In this document: piece by piece, positions 1 to 9,077 of the stretch | Layout of the letters: every line of letters begins with the position of its first letter | Numbering within the stretch: position 1 is the first letter of the stretch | Notes under the pieces: generated by a model | Databases searched by the model: none | Told to the model about the DNA's origin: nothing | Seen by the model: only the letters and a program-made list of their open reading frames with translations | IMG/VR virus record: IMGVR_UViG_3300045885_000475 | Span: 1 to 53,027 of that record | Origin: a virus | Lineage: Duplodnaviria > Caudoviricetes | Length of the DNA: 53,027 nt | Reading direction: 5' to 3' (one strand) | Made by a program: the position numbers and the translations under genes

Positions 1-27
1 CTACGGCCTCGTGACGACGGCGGCGGG
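1..27. repeat. Terminal direct repeat (circular-assembly overlap), copy 1
   Basis: ctacggcctcgtgacgacggcggcggg is identical to 53001-53027. Confidence 0.95.
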
Positions 28-1378
28 GAGCGGCACCCATCGCAACCTCAGCATCGGAACGAGTGGCGGCAACAAGCACTTGTACTTCCAGGCGAACGGC
101 TCCCAATACTGGCTCGTGTCCGGTTTCGGCGGGCACATTCTCTCCAACTCCGACAACAACTTGGACGTCGGGGCATCGGGCGCGAACCGGGTGCGGACGC
201 TCTACTGTGGCACGTCCGTGGTGATCGGCACCAACCCGGCCACTTCCGGCAACATCCGGCTCGCCAACGGCGCCGGGATCTTCTGGCGCAACGCGGCGAA
301 CACTCAGAACATCCAGGGCATCGCGGTAGGCTCGTCGGATCAGGTGCAGATCGGTGACGGGACGAACGACGCGGGCGGCATCCACTTCTCCACGGCGGGC
401 AACCTTGTAGAGCAGCGGCGCACCACGAATGCCCAAGCCTTCCGCGTCTACAACACGTTCACCGACGCGAGTAATTACGAGCGTGCTATCTTCTCCTGGG
501 GTAGCAACGAGCTTAACATCGGCGTCGAGAAGGCTGGCACCGGAACCGCTCGCCAGATCAACATTGTCACGAATGGTACGGCGCGGTGGAATTACGGGGC
601 CACGTCAGGCCACTACATCGCGAACGCAGACAACACCTACGACATCGGGTTGAGTGGGAATAACCGGCCTCGCACCACCTACATTGCGACGTCGACCATC
701 ATCGGCACCGGCTCCAACTTCGTCACGATCGTTCCGGCGAACGGCGCGAACTCGGCCCTGGTGATTGAGACGGCGACCGCCACCAACAACCTCGGCCACA
801 TCCACATCGCCGGTTCCGCTTCCGCCCAGATCGGCTTCGACCAGACGAACGGCGCGGCTGACAATCAGGTGTGGGATATCCTCGTCTCGTCGGAGCAGTT
901 CAAGTTCCGAGCTGTAAATGACGCTGCATCCGTCGCAACGAACTGGCTGCTTGTCGAGCGCACGGGGACGACGATCGATTCGGTCCAGTTCCCGAACAGC
1001 AATGTCCTGATCGGGACCAGCACGAACCCGTCAGCCGGCGGAGGCAAGGTCCTCGTCCTCGGGGACAACGGCGGCAACCCGACCATGGGCTCGAATACCG
1101 CCGGGTTCTTTGCCAAAGACGTGGCGGGGACCGTAGAGGCGTTTGCCATCGACGAGGGCTCGGTCGCGAACCAGCTGACCTCGCACAACCCCAAGACAGG
1201 GGAGTGGTGGATCAACACCTACTTCCTCGCGGAGAACAAGCACAAGACTTTCCACGTCGAGCGGTTCCTGCGGGACCTGTGCGAGCTGGTCCCCGAGATC
1301 AAAAGCAGGATCAACATCGACAGCTACTGGGAGGTCACGGAGGCCTTCTCTCATCTTGATTCCGAGGTTCTTGTCTAA
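1..1378 (+). CDS. Tail fibre/receptor-binding protein, C-terminal part (gene starts at 51337 and wraps)
   Basis: G/S/T/N-rich beta-type sequence with internal repeats (TFTDASNY; DNxxDxGxSGxNRxRTxY); in frame with the stop-free ORF from 51337 across the junction. Confidence 0.85.
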   Translation, partial: YGLVTTAAGSGTHRNLSIGTSGGNKHLYFQANGSQYWLVSGFGGHILSNSDNNLDVGASGANRVRTLYCGTSVVIGTNPATSGNIRLANGAGIFWRNAANTQNIQGIAVGSSDQVQIGDGTNDAGGIHFSTAGNLVEQRRTTNAQAFRVYNTFTDASNYERAIFSWGSNELNIGVEKAGTGTARQINIVTNGTARWNYGATSGHYIANADNTYDIGLSGNNRPRTTYIATSTIIGTGSNFVTIVPANGANSALVIETATATNNLGHIHIAGSASAQIGFDQTNGAADNQVWDILVSSEQFKFRAVNDAASVATNWLLVERTGTTIDSVQFPNSNVLIGTSTNPSAGGGKVLVLGDNGGNPTMGSNTAGFFAKDVAGTVEAFAIDEGSVANQLTSHNPKTGEWWINTYFLAENKHKTFHVERFLRDLCELVPEIKSRINIDSYWEVTEAFSHLDSEVLV

Positions 1379-1398
1379 CTCTATTTCTTGGAGGAGCC

Positions 1399-1710
1399 AT
1401 GCTGACCGCGTCGGACATGCAGCCGGAAGGGGGCACGCTGGTGATCCAGTTCGGCCCGGATGGGAAAGTCGCCCGAAGCAACTTCAGCGGGAAGGCGCTG
1501 GTGAAGTTGCCCGAGGGCATCGACGCCGTGCGGGCGAAAGCGTACCAGGGGGCGGCGAAGTCGTCGGAATTCGCTCCGCCCTGGAGCGCGGAGTCCCTGG
1601 CGTTCCTGAACACGATCGGACCCAAGCTGAACGCGATCGCCTGCGGGGACGCCGCCAAGAAGCTGAACGCCGAGGCCCAGCAGCCTGAGAGCGGCGGGGA
1701 AACGGTCTAA
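1399..1710 (+). CDS. Hypothetical protein (possible fibre-associated protein)
   Basis: GGAGGAG RBS, phage-like codon usage, directly after the fibre gene. Confidence 0.6.
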   Translation: MLTASDMQPEGGTLVIQFGPDGKVARSNFSGKALVKLPEGIDAVRAKAYQGAAKSSEFAPPWSAESLAFLNTIGPKLNAIACGDAAKKLNAEAQQPESGGETV

Positions 1711-1748
1711 CGAGAGGATTCGAGGATCCCATTTTAGGAGACGGGGAC

Positions 1749-2408
1749 ATGGCCAAGACCGTGGAAGTGACTGCAACGGCGTACGTGTGGAACTGGATCT
1801 TCCCGCGCCTGGCGGCATTCGAGCTCCCGGAATCCCTGGGGGAGGGCGACGGGAAGGACTTCGATGAGATCCAGCGCGCAATCGTGAAGACCGAATGCGC
1901 GGAAGCGGTGAAGGAGTTCAAGGCCTTCTCGCACTACGCCCAGCAGCTCGGGGCGAAGAACAGGGTCATCTTTGGGCACAAGGAGGACTGGAAGGAGACC
2001 GAGTCCCTGCCGGAGGCCTTCGGGGAGGAGAAGTCCCGCAAGAAGAAGCGGAAGGACTTCGAGCACCTCAACCCCGAGAAGTCCTACACCCTCAAGTTCA
2101 ACAAGGATGCGCGCAGCGGCCTGACGTGGTTCTTCCTGACGCTGCTCTCCCCGCCCGTGATGATCGAGCGCATGATCGGGCGGAACGAGAAGCCCGTGCA
2201 GATCCCGTCCCACGACGCGGCCACGCCCATCCAGGCCGAGACTTTCATCTGGCCCATCGTGAAGCAGCTCGGCCGAGAGAAGGCCATGCGCGAAGCCCTC
2301 GGCCTGGACAACTCGCAGAAGAAGCGGGCCTGGGCGGACGACGAGGACGAAGGGGTGCCGGTCCCCACCAAGACCGGCAAGGGAGAGGAGAAGCTGGCCG
2401 AGGTCTAA
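1749..2408 (+). CDS. Hypothetical protein
   Basis: AGGAGACGGGG RBS, 219 aa, typical codon usage. Confidence 0.75.
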   Translation: MAKTVEVTATAYVWNWIFPRLAAFELPESLGEGDGKDFDEIQRAIVKTECAEAVKEFKAFSHYAQQLGAKNRVIFGHKEDWKETESLPEAFGEEKSRKKKRKDFEHLNPEKSYTLKFNKDARSGLTWFFLTLLSPPVMIERMIGRNEKPVQIPSHDAATPIQAETFIWPIVKQLGREKAMREALGLDNSQKKRAWADDEDEGVPVPTKTGKGEEKLAEV

Positions 2409-3083
2409 ATGCGCAACCCCAACATCGCCGGCCGCAAAGAGCTGGTCGCCCATCGCCGATTCGTCACCGGCGTGACGGCGAGCGTGCCGGCCTACAAGGA
2501 GGTCGACCAGGCCGAGAACAAGGAGTGGCTTGTCGACGTCTACATCGGCCCGCTCGAGGACGTCACGCAGAACATCATCCGGGACGTCCCGATCGCGCCC
2601 TACGCGCGCCAGCTGATCGGGGACGTCCGGCAGCCGGTCCTCCTCGAGCGCTCGAAGCAGGGGAAGTACTCGGTGATCGGCCGCTCGAAGGAGCTCCCCG
2701 CCGGCTTCCAGCTCCCGGAGGGATCCATCCTCGAGCCGACGTACCACCGGATCGAGTACAACTACTCGAAGCTCCGGCTCTCCTACGTCGCGGACCTTGA
2801 CTACGAGCTCGAGGCCTGGGGGGCGAAGGAGTGGGAAGATCCCGGCCTTCCCTGGCAGGCCGTCACCGTCTCGAACGCCTTCGGCCGCGCGATCATCGGC
2901 CCTGGGGTGGCCGCCGAGGACCTGGCCCCCTTGGTCGACCCCGTGCCAGTCACCACGACCACCACCAAGCACCTCCTCGTCAAGCCGTTTACCTGGGGGC
3001 CCGGAGGAGATCCGGACGCGCTCGTCTGGGGGACGACCCCCTGGGGGGCCATGAACCAGAAGACCCTCGAACTCGTGGAATAG
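2409..3083 (+). CDS. Hypothetical protein, probably a virion/baseplate component
   Basis: Abuts the upstream stop; 224 aa; lies in the tail gene cluster. Confidence 0.65.
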   Translation: MRNPNIAGRKELVAHRRFVTGVTASVPAYKEVDQAENKEWLVDVYIGPLEDVTQNIIRDVPIAPYARQLIGDVRQPVLLERSKQGKYSVIGRSKELPAGFQLPEGSILEPTYHRIEYNYSKLRLSYVADLDYELEAWGAKEWEDPGLPWQAVTVSNAFGRAIIGPGVAAEDLAPLVDPVPVTTTTTKHLLVKPFTWGPGGDPDALVWGTTPWGAMNQKTLELVE

Positions 3084-3093
3084 GAGACCGTCC

Positions 3094-4116
3094 ATGCCGC
3101 TCAGCCTGACGCCGATCCCCGCCGGAAGCACGAGCTACCCCGCGATCGTGCAGGCGAACTGGGACGCGATCGAGTCTTTCTGCAACCAGCTCGCCTCCCA
3201 GATCCTGGCGGCCGCCGGGGACGGCGCCGATCTCATCCTGGACGTCTTCGACCGGCCGGGCCTGGTCGGATCGACGAGCTACGTGCTCGACCTCGAGAAC
3301 TACGCGGGCGGCGCCGAGATCGACATCGGCCACCGTCCGACCGCCAACCCGGCGCTCGGGGAGCAGGACACGTCGATCGCGTGGGGGATCTTCGGGGGAC
3401 AGCGGGCCCGCGTGGTCCAGAACGAGGACGTCACCCTGAACGCCGGCGGGATCATCGCCGGCCTCCCGAAGACGATCTACGTCGGGATCCCGTCCGACGG
3501 CACCGCCCAGCTCTTCGAGGACAATACGACGCCGAACGTCCTCTACATCTACTCGATGTGCTGGAACGGGTTCTCGCTCACCGAGTTCAAGCGCCTGGCG
3601 CCCATCCTGCCGGGGTACTCGCTCCTGCAGCGGGTGGTTGCGGCGCCACGGGAGGTCCGGGCGAGCGATGAAGTGACCGACTTCCTCGAGCACGACGAGG
3701 CCCGCACGATCCTGGTCACCCCGGGCGACGCGGCCGACAACGAAATCGGGGTCCACGGCTCGCGCGAGATCCTGGGCTTCTTCGTCCACTTCCCGCAAGG
3801 GGACGAGGAGGGCGGGCTCTGGGCGCCGGCGGGCGAGGACAACAAGCTGACCCTCAAGATCCAGTGCGAGGGCGAGGACTGGACGGAGGAGTTCGAACTT
3901 GACGCCTCGATCGACGGTGGCAACTTCGTCCAGGTCGCCCTCCACGCCGACGTGGCCGACAAGCGGTACGCCACCGAGGCCATCCGGTTCAAGCTGGTCA
4001 AGGTCTCGATCGGCGGGGACGTCGTCTCCGCCGGCAGCTTCGACTGGGGCTACTACTGGCGGCCCATGATCGGGACGGAGATCCCGGTCGACACGAACGA
4101 GATGGACCTGATCTAG
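3094..4116 (+). CDS. Acidic putative virion structural protein
   Basis: AGGAGAC RBS; 340 aa, acidic and beta-rich; tail context. Confidence 0.65.
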   Translation: MPLSLTPIPAGSTSYPAIVQANWDAIESFCNQLASQILAAAGDGADLILDVFDRPGLVGSTSYVLDLENYAGGAEIDIGHRPTANPALGEQDTSIAWGIFGGQRARVVQNEDVTLNAGGIIAGLPKTIYVGIPSDGTAQLFEDNTTPNVLYIYSMCWNGFSLTEFKRLAPILPGYSLLQRVVAAPREVRASDEVTDFLEHDEARTILVTPGDAADNEIGVHGSREILGFFVHFPQGDEEGGLWAPAGEDNKLTLKIQCEGEDWTEEFELDASIDGGNFVQVALHADVADKRYATEAIRFKLVKVSIGGDVVSAGSFDWGYYWRPMIGTEIPVDTNEMDLI

Positions 4117-4147
4117 CGGACGGACTTCGGAGAGGAGGGTAGAGGCC

Positions 4148-4474
4148 GTGGACGAAGAGACCAAGAGGTACCTGGAGGCGACGCAGAAGTCCGTGGAGAC
4201 GGGATTCAGCCGTCTCGAGGGGAAGGTGGACGCCGTCGCCAAGCAGCTCCACGATCACGTCGTCGAGAGCGCGGTCCGCTGGAAGGAGGTGGACGCGCGG
4301 GCTCGCTCCGCGCATCACCGGATGGATGCCCACCTGACCGAACACCAGCGGACCGATGAGCGGCGGTTCCAATCTCGCCTCCAGGGAAGAGGCATGGTCA
4401 TCGCCGCCTGGGTCGCGATCGGGACGACGATCGTGACGCTCGTCGTGACGATCATCCTGGCCTTCTACAAGTAG
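4148..4474 (+). CDS. Coiled-coil protein with one C-terminal TM helix (holin/XhlA-like lysis candidate)
   Basis: Heptad-like N-terminal region, then MVIAAWVAIGTTIVTLVVTIILAFYK. Confidence 0.55.
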   Translation: MDEETKRYLEATQKSVETGFSRLEGKVDAVAKQLHDHVVESAVRWKEVDARARSAHHRMDAHLTEHQRTDERRFQSRLQGRGMVIAAWVAIGTTIVTLVVTIILAFYK

Positions 4475-4505
4475 CGGATTTCAGGGGAAGAAAGGAGACG
4501 AGGTT

Positions 4506-5006
4506 ATGGCAGCCACCGTCGAAATCGACGAGGCCAACGGCGCGGGAGAAACCCTCTCGCACAACGTGGCGAACTGGAACTTCGGGGCGAATGACGAGAA
4601 GGAGGTCGTCCCCGCCACCTATCCCATCGTTGCCGGACAGAACAGCTACACCAAGTACTGGAAGCTGCACGTCACCGCGATGGGCGGGTCGAACAAGATC
4701 GACAACCTCCAGGTCTGGAAGTCCGCCGGCGCCTACGTCACGGGCGAAGGAATCCAGTGCTCGCTCCGGACCTCGAGCTACGCGGCGCCGACCTACGCGA
4801 CGCCGACCCAGTCGACCTACACGGATCAGGCGATGCCGACGGCCGATCCCGCGGCCGCGAATTACGGCATCGGCGGGTCCCTCTCGGGCTCGCTTACCGG
4901 GGCTGGGTCGAGTGACTATCTCAAGGCGCAGCTGCAGACGACGGGCTCGACGCCTCCCGGCAACGTCAACCAGAAGACCTTCACGATCCAGTACGACGAG
5001 CAGTAG
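4506..5006 (+). CDS. Putative virion structural protein
   Basis: AAAGGAGACG RBS; G/T/S-rich beta protein ending ...FTIQYDEQ. Confidence 0.65.
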   Translation: MAATVEIDEANGAGETLSHNVANWNFGANDEKEVVPATYPIVAGQNSYTKYWKLHVTAMGGSNKIDNLQVWKSAGAYVTGEGIQCSLRTSSYAAPTYATPTQSTYTDQAMPTADPAAANYGIGGSLSGSLTGAGSSDYLKAQLQTTGSTPPGNVNQKTFTIQYDEQ

Positions 5007-5022
5007 GAGGGCCTCATGGCCA

Positions 5023-5520
5023 ATGACCATGACGGTCGCTGATCTTGCCTGGGCTGCTGGCCTCATAGACGGTGAGGGATGCTTCTCGGTCGGGGCCTCG
5101 CCAACTAGGTCCTCGATCAGCACTCGGCTGCGTCTCCGTGTTGTACTGTCGGAACTCCCGTCGAATCTCGATGCACTTAGAAAGCTTCAGTCGATGTTCG
5201 GAGGAACCATTCGCAGCAGACCGAGGCAAAAGTCCTGGAGGACAGGCGCTCGGGACCAGTGGGAATGGTGCCTGAGCGGTGATCGCTCAGTCGACGCAGC
5301 AGCACTTCTTTCCCGGTACCTGGTGATCAAGAAACAGACCGCAAGGCTGTACCTCCAGATCGCCACGCTCAGGAAACTTCCCGTCGTCGACCTCAGGGAA
5401 CTTCTAACCTTGAGAGACCAGCTCAATTATCGCCCAGCCACCCGCCATCCGAACTACTTGACGGCCGAGGTTCTCTTGAAAGGGAGGGCAATCCAATGCC
5501 CGAGATCGATCGGCATGTAG
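5023..5520 (+). CDS. Free-standing LAGLIDADG homing endonuclease
   Basis: LAWAAGLIDGEGCF motif, FGG and YLVIKK elements; atypical codon usage; overlaps the next gene. Confidence 0.85.
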   Translation: MTMTVADLAWAAGLIDGEGCFSVGASPTRSSISTRLRLRVVLSELPSNLDALRKLQSMFGGTIRSRPRQKSWRTGARDQWEWCLSGDRSVDAAALLSRYLVIKKQTARLYLQIATLRKLPVVDLRELLTLRDQLNYRPATRHPNYLTAEVLLKGRAIQCPRSIGM

Positions 5521-5948
5521 CTCCCAAAGAGCCCCGACCCTGGACCCCTCACTGGTGGGCCAAGATCGGGCCCGTCGTCCACGAGGGCGACGGGATCCTG
5601 GCGCCGGAGGTCTTCAAGCAGAAGGGGCTGCTCGAGAGCTTCGAGGCCTTCATCGAGCCTCGCCAGCTCCGGATCCGCGTCGACCTCCGGACCGGGAACA
5701 TCTACTTCAACAACCGCCTGGAGGTGCGGCCTGACCTGGCGCCGGGCACGCCGCTTCGGCTCATCTGGTTCCGGAGGATGCGGAAGGAAGTCCATCAATT
5801 CGACAAGAGCCTGACCATCCCCTTCGAGACTCGCTTCTACGGAATCGGATGGCAGGCGACTGTCGGCGGCCGAAATCTCAAGCTCGGCTTCATGATCTCG
5901 AGCGACGGCCGCCTCGAGCCGGGCCTGCCGGAGAACGCTCCGAGCTAG
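5496..5948 (+). CDS. Hypothetical protein
   Basis: GGGAGG RBS; 150 aa with LIWFRR and YGIGWQ motifs. Confidence 0.7.
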   Translation: MPEIDRHVAPKEPRPWTPHWWAKIGPVVHEGDGILAPEVFKQKGLLESFEAFIEPRQLRIRVDLRTGNIYFNNRLEVRPDLAPGTPLRLIWFRRMRKEVHQFDKSLTIPFETRFYGIGWQATVGGRNLKLGFMISSDGRLEPGLPENAPS

Positions 5949-5951
5949 ACG

Positions 5952-7733
5952 ATGGCCGTCTTCGGCTACGACACCATCGGCGGCTCGACCGCGTCGATCG
6001 CGGCCAACAACAAGCGCTTCTGGAAGTTCGTCGCGCCGGTGGGAATCGACCAGGTCGACGCGATCTCGGTCTACATGGACCGGAGCGCCACGGGCAGCGG
6101 TTACGCGATCGACGGCGCCATCTATGCCGACAGCTCCGGGTCGCCCGGCGCCCTGATCGCGAACAGCGCTATCCAGATCCACTCGAACATCGCCCGCAAC
6201 TCCCCTGCGTGGTACTCGGTGAACTACGGCACCAAGCCGACCCTCACTCCCGGAAACACCTATTGGATCGGCGTCCTCGCGACGAAGGCCGCCATCACCT
6301 ACCACGACGCGGGAGGCACGAACCAGCAAGCCTCGCGCGCCGATACTCTCCCCTTTGACGACCCATTCGGAGCCAGCCCCACCTTCGCCAACAACAAGGG
6401 CTCGTGCTACCTCACGTACACGATCGTCCCGCAATCCACCACCAAGAATTCTGATGCCCGGGTCAAGACCACCCAGTCCGTCACCAAGAATTCCGACGCG
6501 CGCGTTCTCACGACCCAGCAGACGAGCAAGACCTCGGACGCGCGAGTCAAGGTCACCCAGAGCCTCACGAAGACATCCGATGCCACGGTGGAGGCCGGCG
6601 CCCAGACCAACGAGATCCAGAAGCTCTCGGACGCCAGGATCCTCACGACGCAGTCCACCTCGAAAACCTCCGATGCCCGGGTGAAGATCACCCAATCGGC
6701 CGAGAAGGTCTCGGACGCGCGCGTCCTCAAGACGCAGGAGCTGACCAAATCCTCGGACGCCGCGGTCTTCGCGACAGTCGAGGCCTCGCGGCTCTCCGAC
6801 GCGAGGGTCCTCAAGACCGGGGAGCTCGCCGTCGCCTCCGACGCCCGGGTCCTCCTGACCCAGAGTGCGAGCAAGACTTCCGATGCGCGCGTCCTCACGA
6901 CCGCCACCCTGGCCCCCACTTCGGACGCGCGGATCCTGACGACGCAGCAGCTCGCCAAGCTGAGCGATGCAGCCGTGTTCCGGACCATGTCGCTCGAAGT
7001 CGCATCCGACGCTCGGGTCCAGGGCGATGTCGATACCTTCGAGATCCTCAAGACCTCCGACGCCCGAGTGCTACTGACCCAGGGGCTCTCGCGCACCTCC
7101 GAAGGTCGGATCCTAGCGGCTCAGGCCCTCGAGATCGATTCGGCCGCGCGGGTCAAGAAGACGGGCCAGCTCGCGCAGGTCTCCGACGCGGCCGTGAAAC
7201 TCGTAGGCAGCATCGAGATCTTCTCTCAGGCGCGCGTGATCCTGGAGGGCGGGGCCTGGCTGGTGAAGCGAACTCTCCTCGACGGCTCGATCGTCGAGGT
7301 GCCAATCCGATACCCGGTCGTCAACGTCCAGGTCCGGACCCGGCTGACCCGGCGCGAGATCTCGTCATTCCGGATCCGGAATTACATCCTGTCGGCCAAC
7401 TTCCACGATCTCCAGGAGCGCCGACGAAACCTGACAGTCCGTCTGCTCCTCGAGGACGGCTCGCCCGTCAACCTCGAGGGTGCCGCGGCCCAGTTCATCC
7501 TCGAGAACTACGATTTCACGCAGGTCTTGAGCGCGCCCGCCGAGGTCCTGAGCGCGGCCGCGGGGGCCGTGCGCTACTGGTACCGACCGGGAGACATCCC
7601 GAAGGAGGTGCGATACACGGCGAAGAGGAAGAAGTTGGGCCAGTGGCTGGCCGGCCACTTCCGCGTCGACTGGCCCGACCAGACGTTCCTGGAGTGGCCG
7701 CTCGATCGACGGTTCGACGTTCGGATCCATTAG
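5952..7733 (+). CDS. Fibre-like virion protein: N-terminal beta domain, 14-aa SDAR repeats, C-terminal BppU_N-like domain
   Basis: About 19 xxKxSDARVxxTQx repeats; C-terminal LLEDGSPVNLEG...GAVRYWY resembles BppU N-terminal anchor domains. Confidence 0.7.
   Translation: MAVFGYDTIGGSTASIAANNKRFWKFVAPVGIDQVDAISVYMDRSATGSGYAIDGAIYADSSGSPGALIANSAIQIHSNIARNSPAWYSVNYGTKPTLTPGNTYWIGVLATKAAITYHDAGGTNQQASRADTLPFDDPFGASPTFANNKGSCYLTYTIVPQSTTKNSDARVKTTQSVTKNSDARVLTTQQTSKTSDARVKVTQSLTKTSDATVEAGAQTNEIQKLSDARILTTQSTSKTSDARVKITQSAEKVSDARVLKTQELTKSSDAAVFATVEASRLSDARVLKTGELAVASDARVLLTQSASKTSDARVLTTATLAPTSDARILTTQQLAKLSDAAVFRTMSLEVASDARVQGDVDTFEILKTSDARVLLTQGLSRTSEGRILAAQALEIDSAARVKKTGQLAQVSDAAVKLVGSIEIFSQARVILEGGAWLVKRTLLDGSIVEVPIRYPVVNVQVRTRLTRREISSFRIRNYILSANFHDLQERRRNLTVRLLLEDGSPVNLEGAAAQFILENYDFTQVLSAPAEVLSAAAGAVRYWYRPGDIPKEVRYTAKRKKLGQWLAGHFRVDWPDQTFLEWPLDRRFDVRIH
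6436..7242 (+). repeat. Degenerate 42-bp tandem repeat encoding SDAR units
   Basis: Recurring TCx GAY GCx CGx GTC codons with a 14-aa period. Confidence 0.9.
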
Positions 7734-7755
7734 GGGAAGAAAGGAGAGTGGGAGT

Positions 7756-8466
7756 ATGCGCATTCTCATCGTGTTGTTAGGTGTAGTCGCCGGCGGCGCC
7801 GCCGGCTGCGTGACGTCGGGGACGCACACGGAGGGCGACCGCCAGGTCAACACGCAGACCTTCGGAGCCGCGGAGGTCGCAAGGTCCTCCATGGAGGAAG
7901 CCCAGAAGGCGCTCCCGGAGGGCTCGACCGGCTGGACCATGCTCGGCGTCGGGATCCGGGCCGCGGTCGACATCCAGAAGAACGCCCAGCAGCAGGAAGA
8001 GGTCCACGGCCCGCCGAAGGAGCCCAAGCCCTACACGGCCGAGAACGCGGCCGCGGCGCGGGATCTCTCGACAAAGGAGCACGCCGAAAGCGGCCTGACG
8101 AAGATCCTCGTCGGCGCCGGCGGGATCGTAGCCGGCTTGGCCGGCGCCTGGTTCGGGATGCCTTGGCTCGCCCAGTTCTTTCCCAAACTGGCGGGGAAGT
8201 GGGGCGTGATCGGGCAGACCGGGATCCAGATCGTCACCGCCCTGCGGAAGAAGTCCGAGGAATCGGGCGGAAGAATCGGAACGAAGGAGCTCCTGGCGAT
8301 CGCCAAGGAGTACAACGTCACCGCAGGCGTGCAGGACTTGGTGAAGAAGGAGGCGTCCGCCCTCGAGGCGAAGCTGGGCTACACGCCTACCGTGAAGCTC
8401 GAGGAGCCCGCCGCGGAGCCTGCGGCTTCGCCTCCAGCTCCACCCCCCGTTCCCGTCGGTACGTAG
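7756..8466 (+). CDS. Lipoprotein with an internal TM segment (spanin-like candidate)
   Basis: Signal peptide with lipobox-like AAG-C; hydrophobic ILVGAGGIVAGLAGAWFGMPWLAQFF; last gene of the late block. Confidence 0.55.
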   Translation: MRILIVLLGVVAGGAAGCVTSGTHTEGDRQVNTQTFGAAEVARSSMEEAQKALPEGSTGWTMLGVGIRAAVDIQKNAQQQEEVHGPPKEPKPYTAENAAAARDLSTKEHAESGLTKILVGAGGIVAGLAGAWFGMPWLAQFFPKLAGKWGVIGQTGIQIVTALRKKSEESGGRIGTKELLAIAKEYNVTAGVQDLVKKEASALEAKLGYTPTVKLEEPAAEPAASPPAPPPVPVGT

Positions 8467-8477
8467 ACCCGTCTCGG

Positions 8478-8522
8478 CGGCCCGTCCCGTGTGCAGACGT
8501 CTGCAGCGGGGCGGGCCGTTTC
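8478..8522. terminator. Long hairpin between convergent genes, containing palindrome site A
   Basis: cggcccgtcccg...cggggcgggccg stem enclosing TGCAGACGTCTGCA, followed by TTT. Confidence 0.6.
8491..8506. promoter_or_regulatory. 16-bp palindrome site A (GTGCAGACGTCTGCAG)
   Basis: Perfect 14-bp core; one of 7 dispersed copies. Confidence 0.75.
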
Positions 8523-8973
8523 ACTTCTGGAACCGCAGGCGCCAGATCGGGGCGTCGTCGACGGGCTGCCCCTCCGCGATCGCGAGCAGCTCGTAGTCCC
8601 CCGGCGCGTCGACCTCGAGGTGCCCCTCGACGAAGCCCGGGAAGGACTCCGAGCCGTCGCGGGGCTGCCCGGGCACCTTCCCCGAGATCTCGGCGACGAC
8701 GGCCCCCCGCGAGGAGAGCAGGCGGACCGCCACGCCGAACTCGTGCTGCCCCTCCTCAATGCCCTCCAGGAGGAAGACCGCGGCGATCGGGACGTGCGTC
8801 GCCGGCGGCCGCCAGGGGAGCGGATCCAGGTAGAGGTTCACGGCGTGGTGGGTGCCGTTGGCCTGGTGGACCAGCCGCTCGCAGGCCATGAGCCAGGTGA
8901 TCCGCACGCCGGCGGATGGTCGCTCGAGCCGGCGCCGGCTGTCAACGAAAGGGACGAATGGCAGAAATGGCAA
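8521..8973 (-). CDS. DUF6941-like small beta protein (true start probably at VRITWLMACE)
   Basis: RITWLMACE...DPLP...PGDYEL pattern; similar to 42693-43154. Confidence 0.55.
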   Translation of the reverse strand: MPFLPFVPFVDSRRRLERPSAGVRITWLMACERLVHQANGTHHAVNLYLDPLPWRPPATHVPIAAVFLLEGIEEGQHEFGVAVRLLSSRGAVVAEISGKVPGQPRDGSESFPGFVEGHLEVDAPGDYELLAIAEGQPVDDAPIWRLRFQK

Positions 8974-9008
8974 TCTGCCAGCATTTATCGCGAAATATGC
9001 AATCCATC

Positions 9009-9036
9009 TTGAATATTACACGTCACATTGTATACT
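9009..9036 (+). promoter_or_regulatory. Sigma70-type promoter of the toxin-antitoxin operon
   Basis: TTGAAT-N16-TATACT in an AT-rich island; imperfect palindrome GCATTTATCGCGAAATATGC at 8981-9000 could be an operator. Confidence 0.65.
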
Positions 9037-9077
9037 CTCGGGCGTCTTAAGGGGCAGAGGTAATAGGAGACAGACCC

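Noticed and set aside
1-720. Fibre duplications as a diversity-generating retroelement TR/VR pair
   Set aside because: No reverse transcriptase; the copies are highly diverged rather than differing only at adenines.
6436-7242. Tandem repeats as a CRISPR array
   Set aside because: Degenerate at synonymous positions, in-frame 14-aa protein repeats, no unique spacers.
8491-9012. + strand 173-aa ORF
   Set aside because: Antisense shadow of 8521-8973; starts inside the hairpin and runs into the promoter region.
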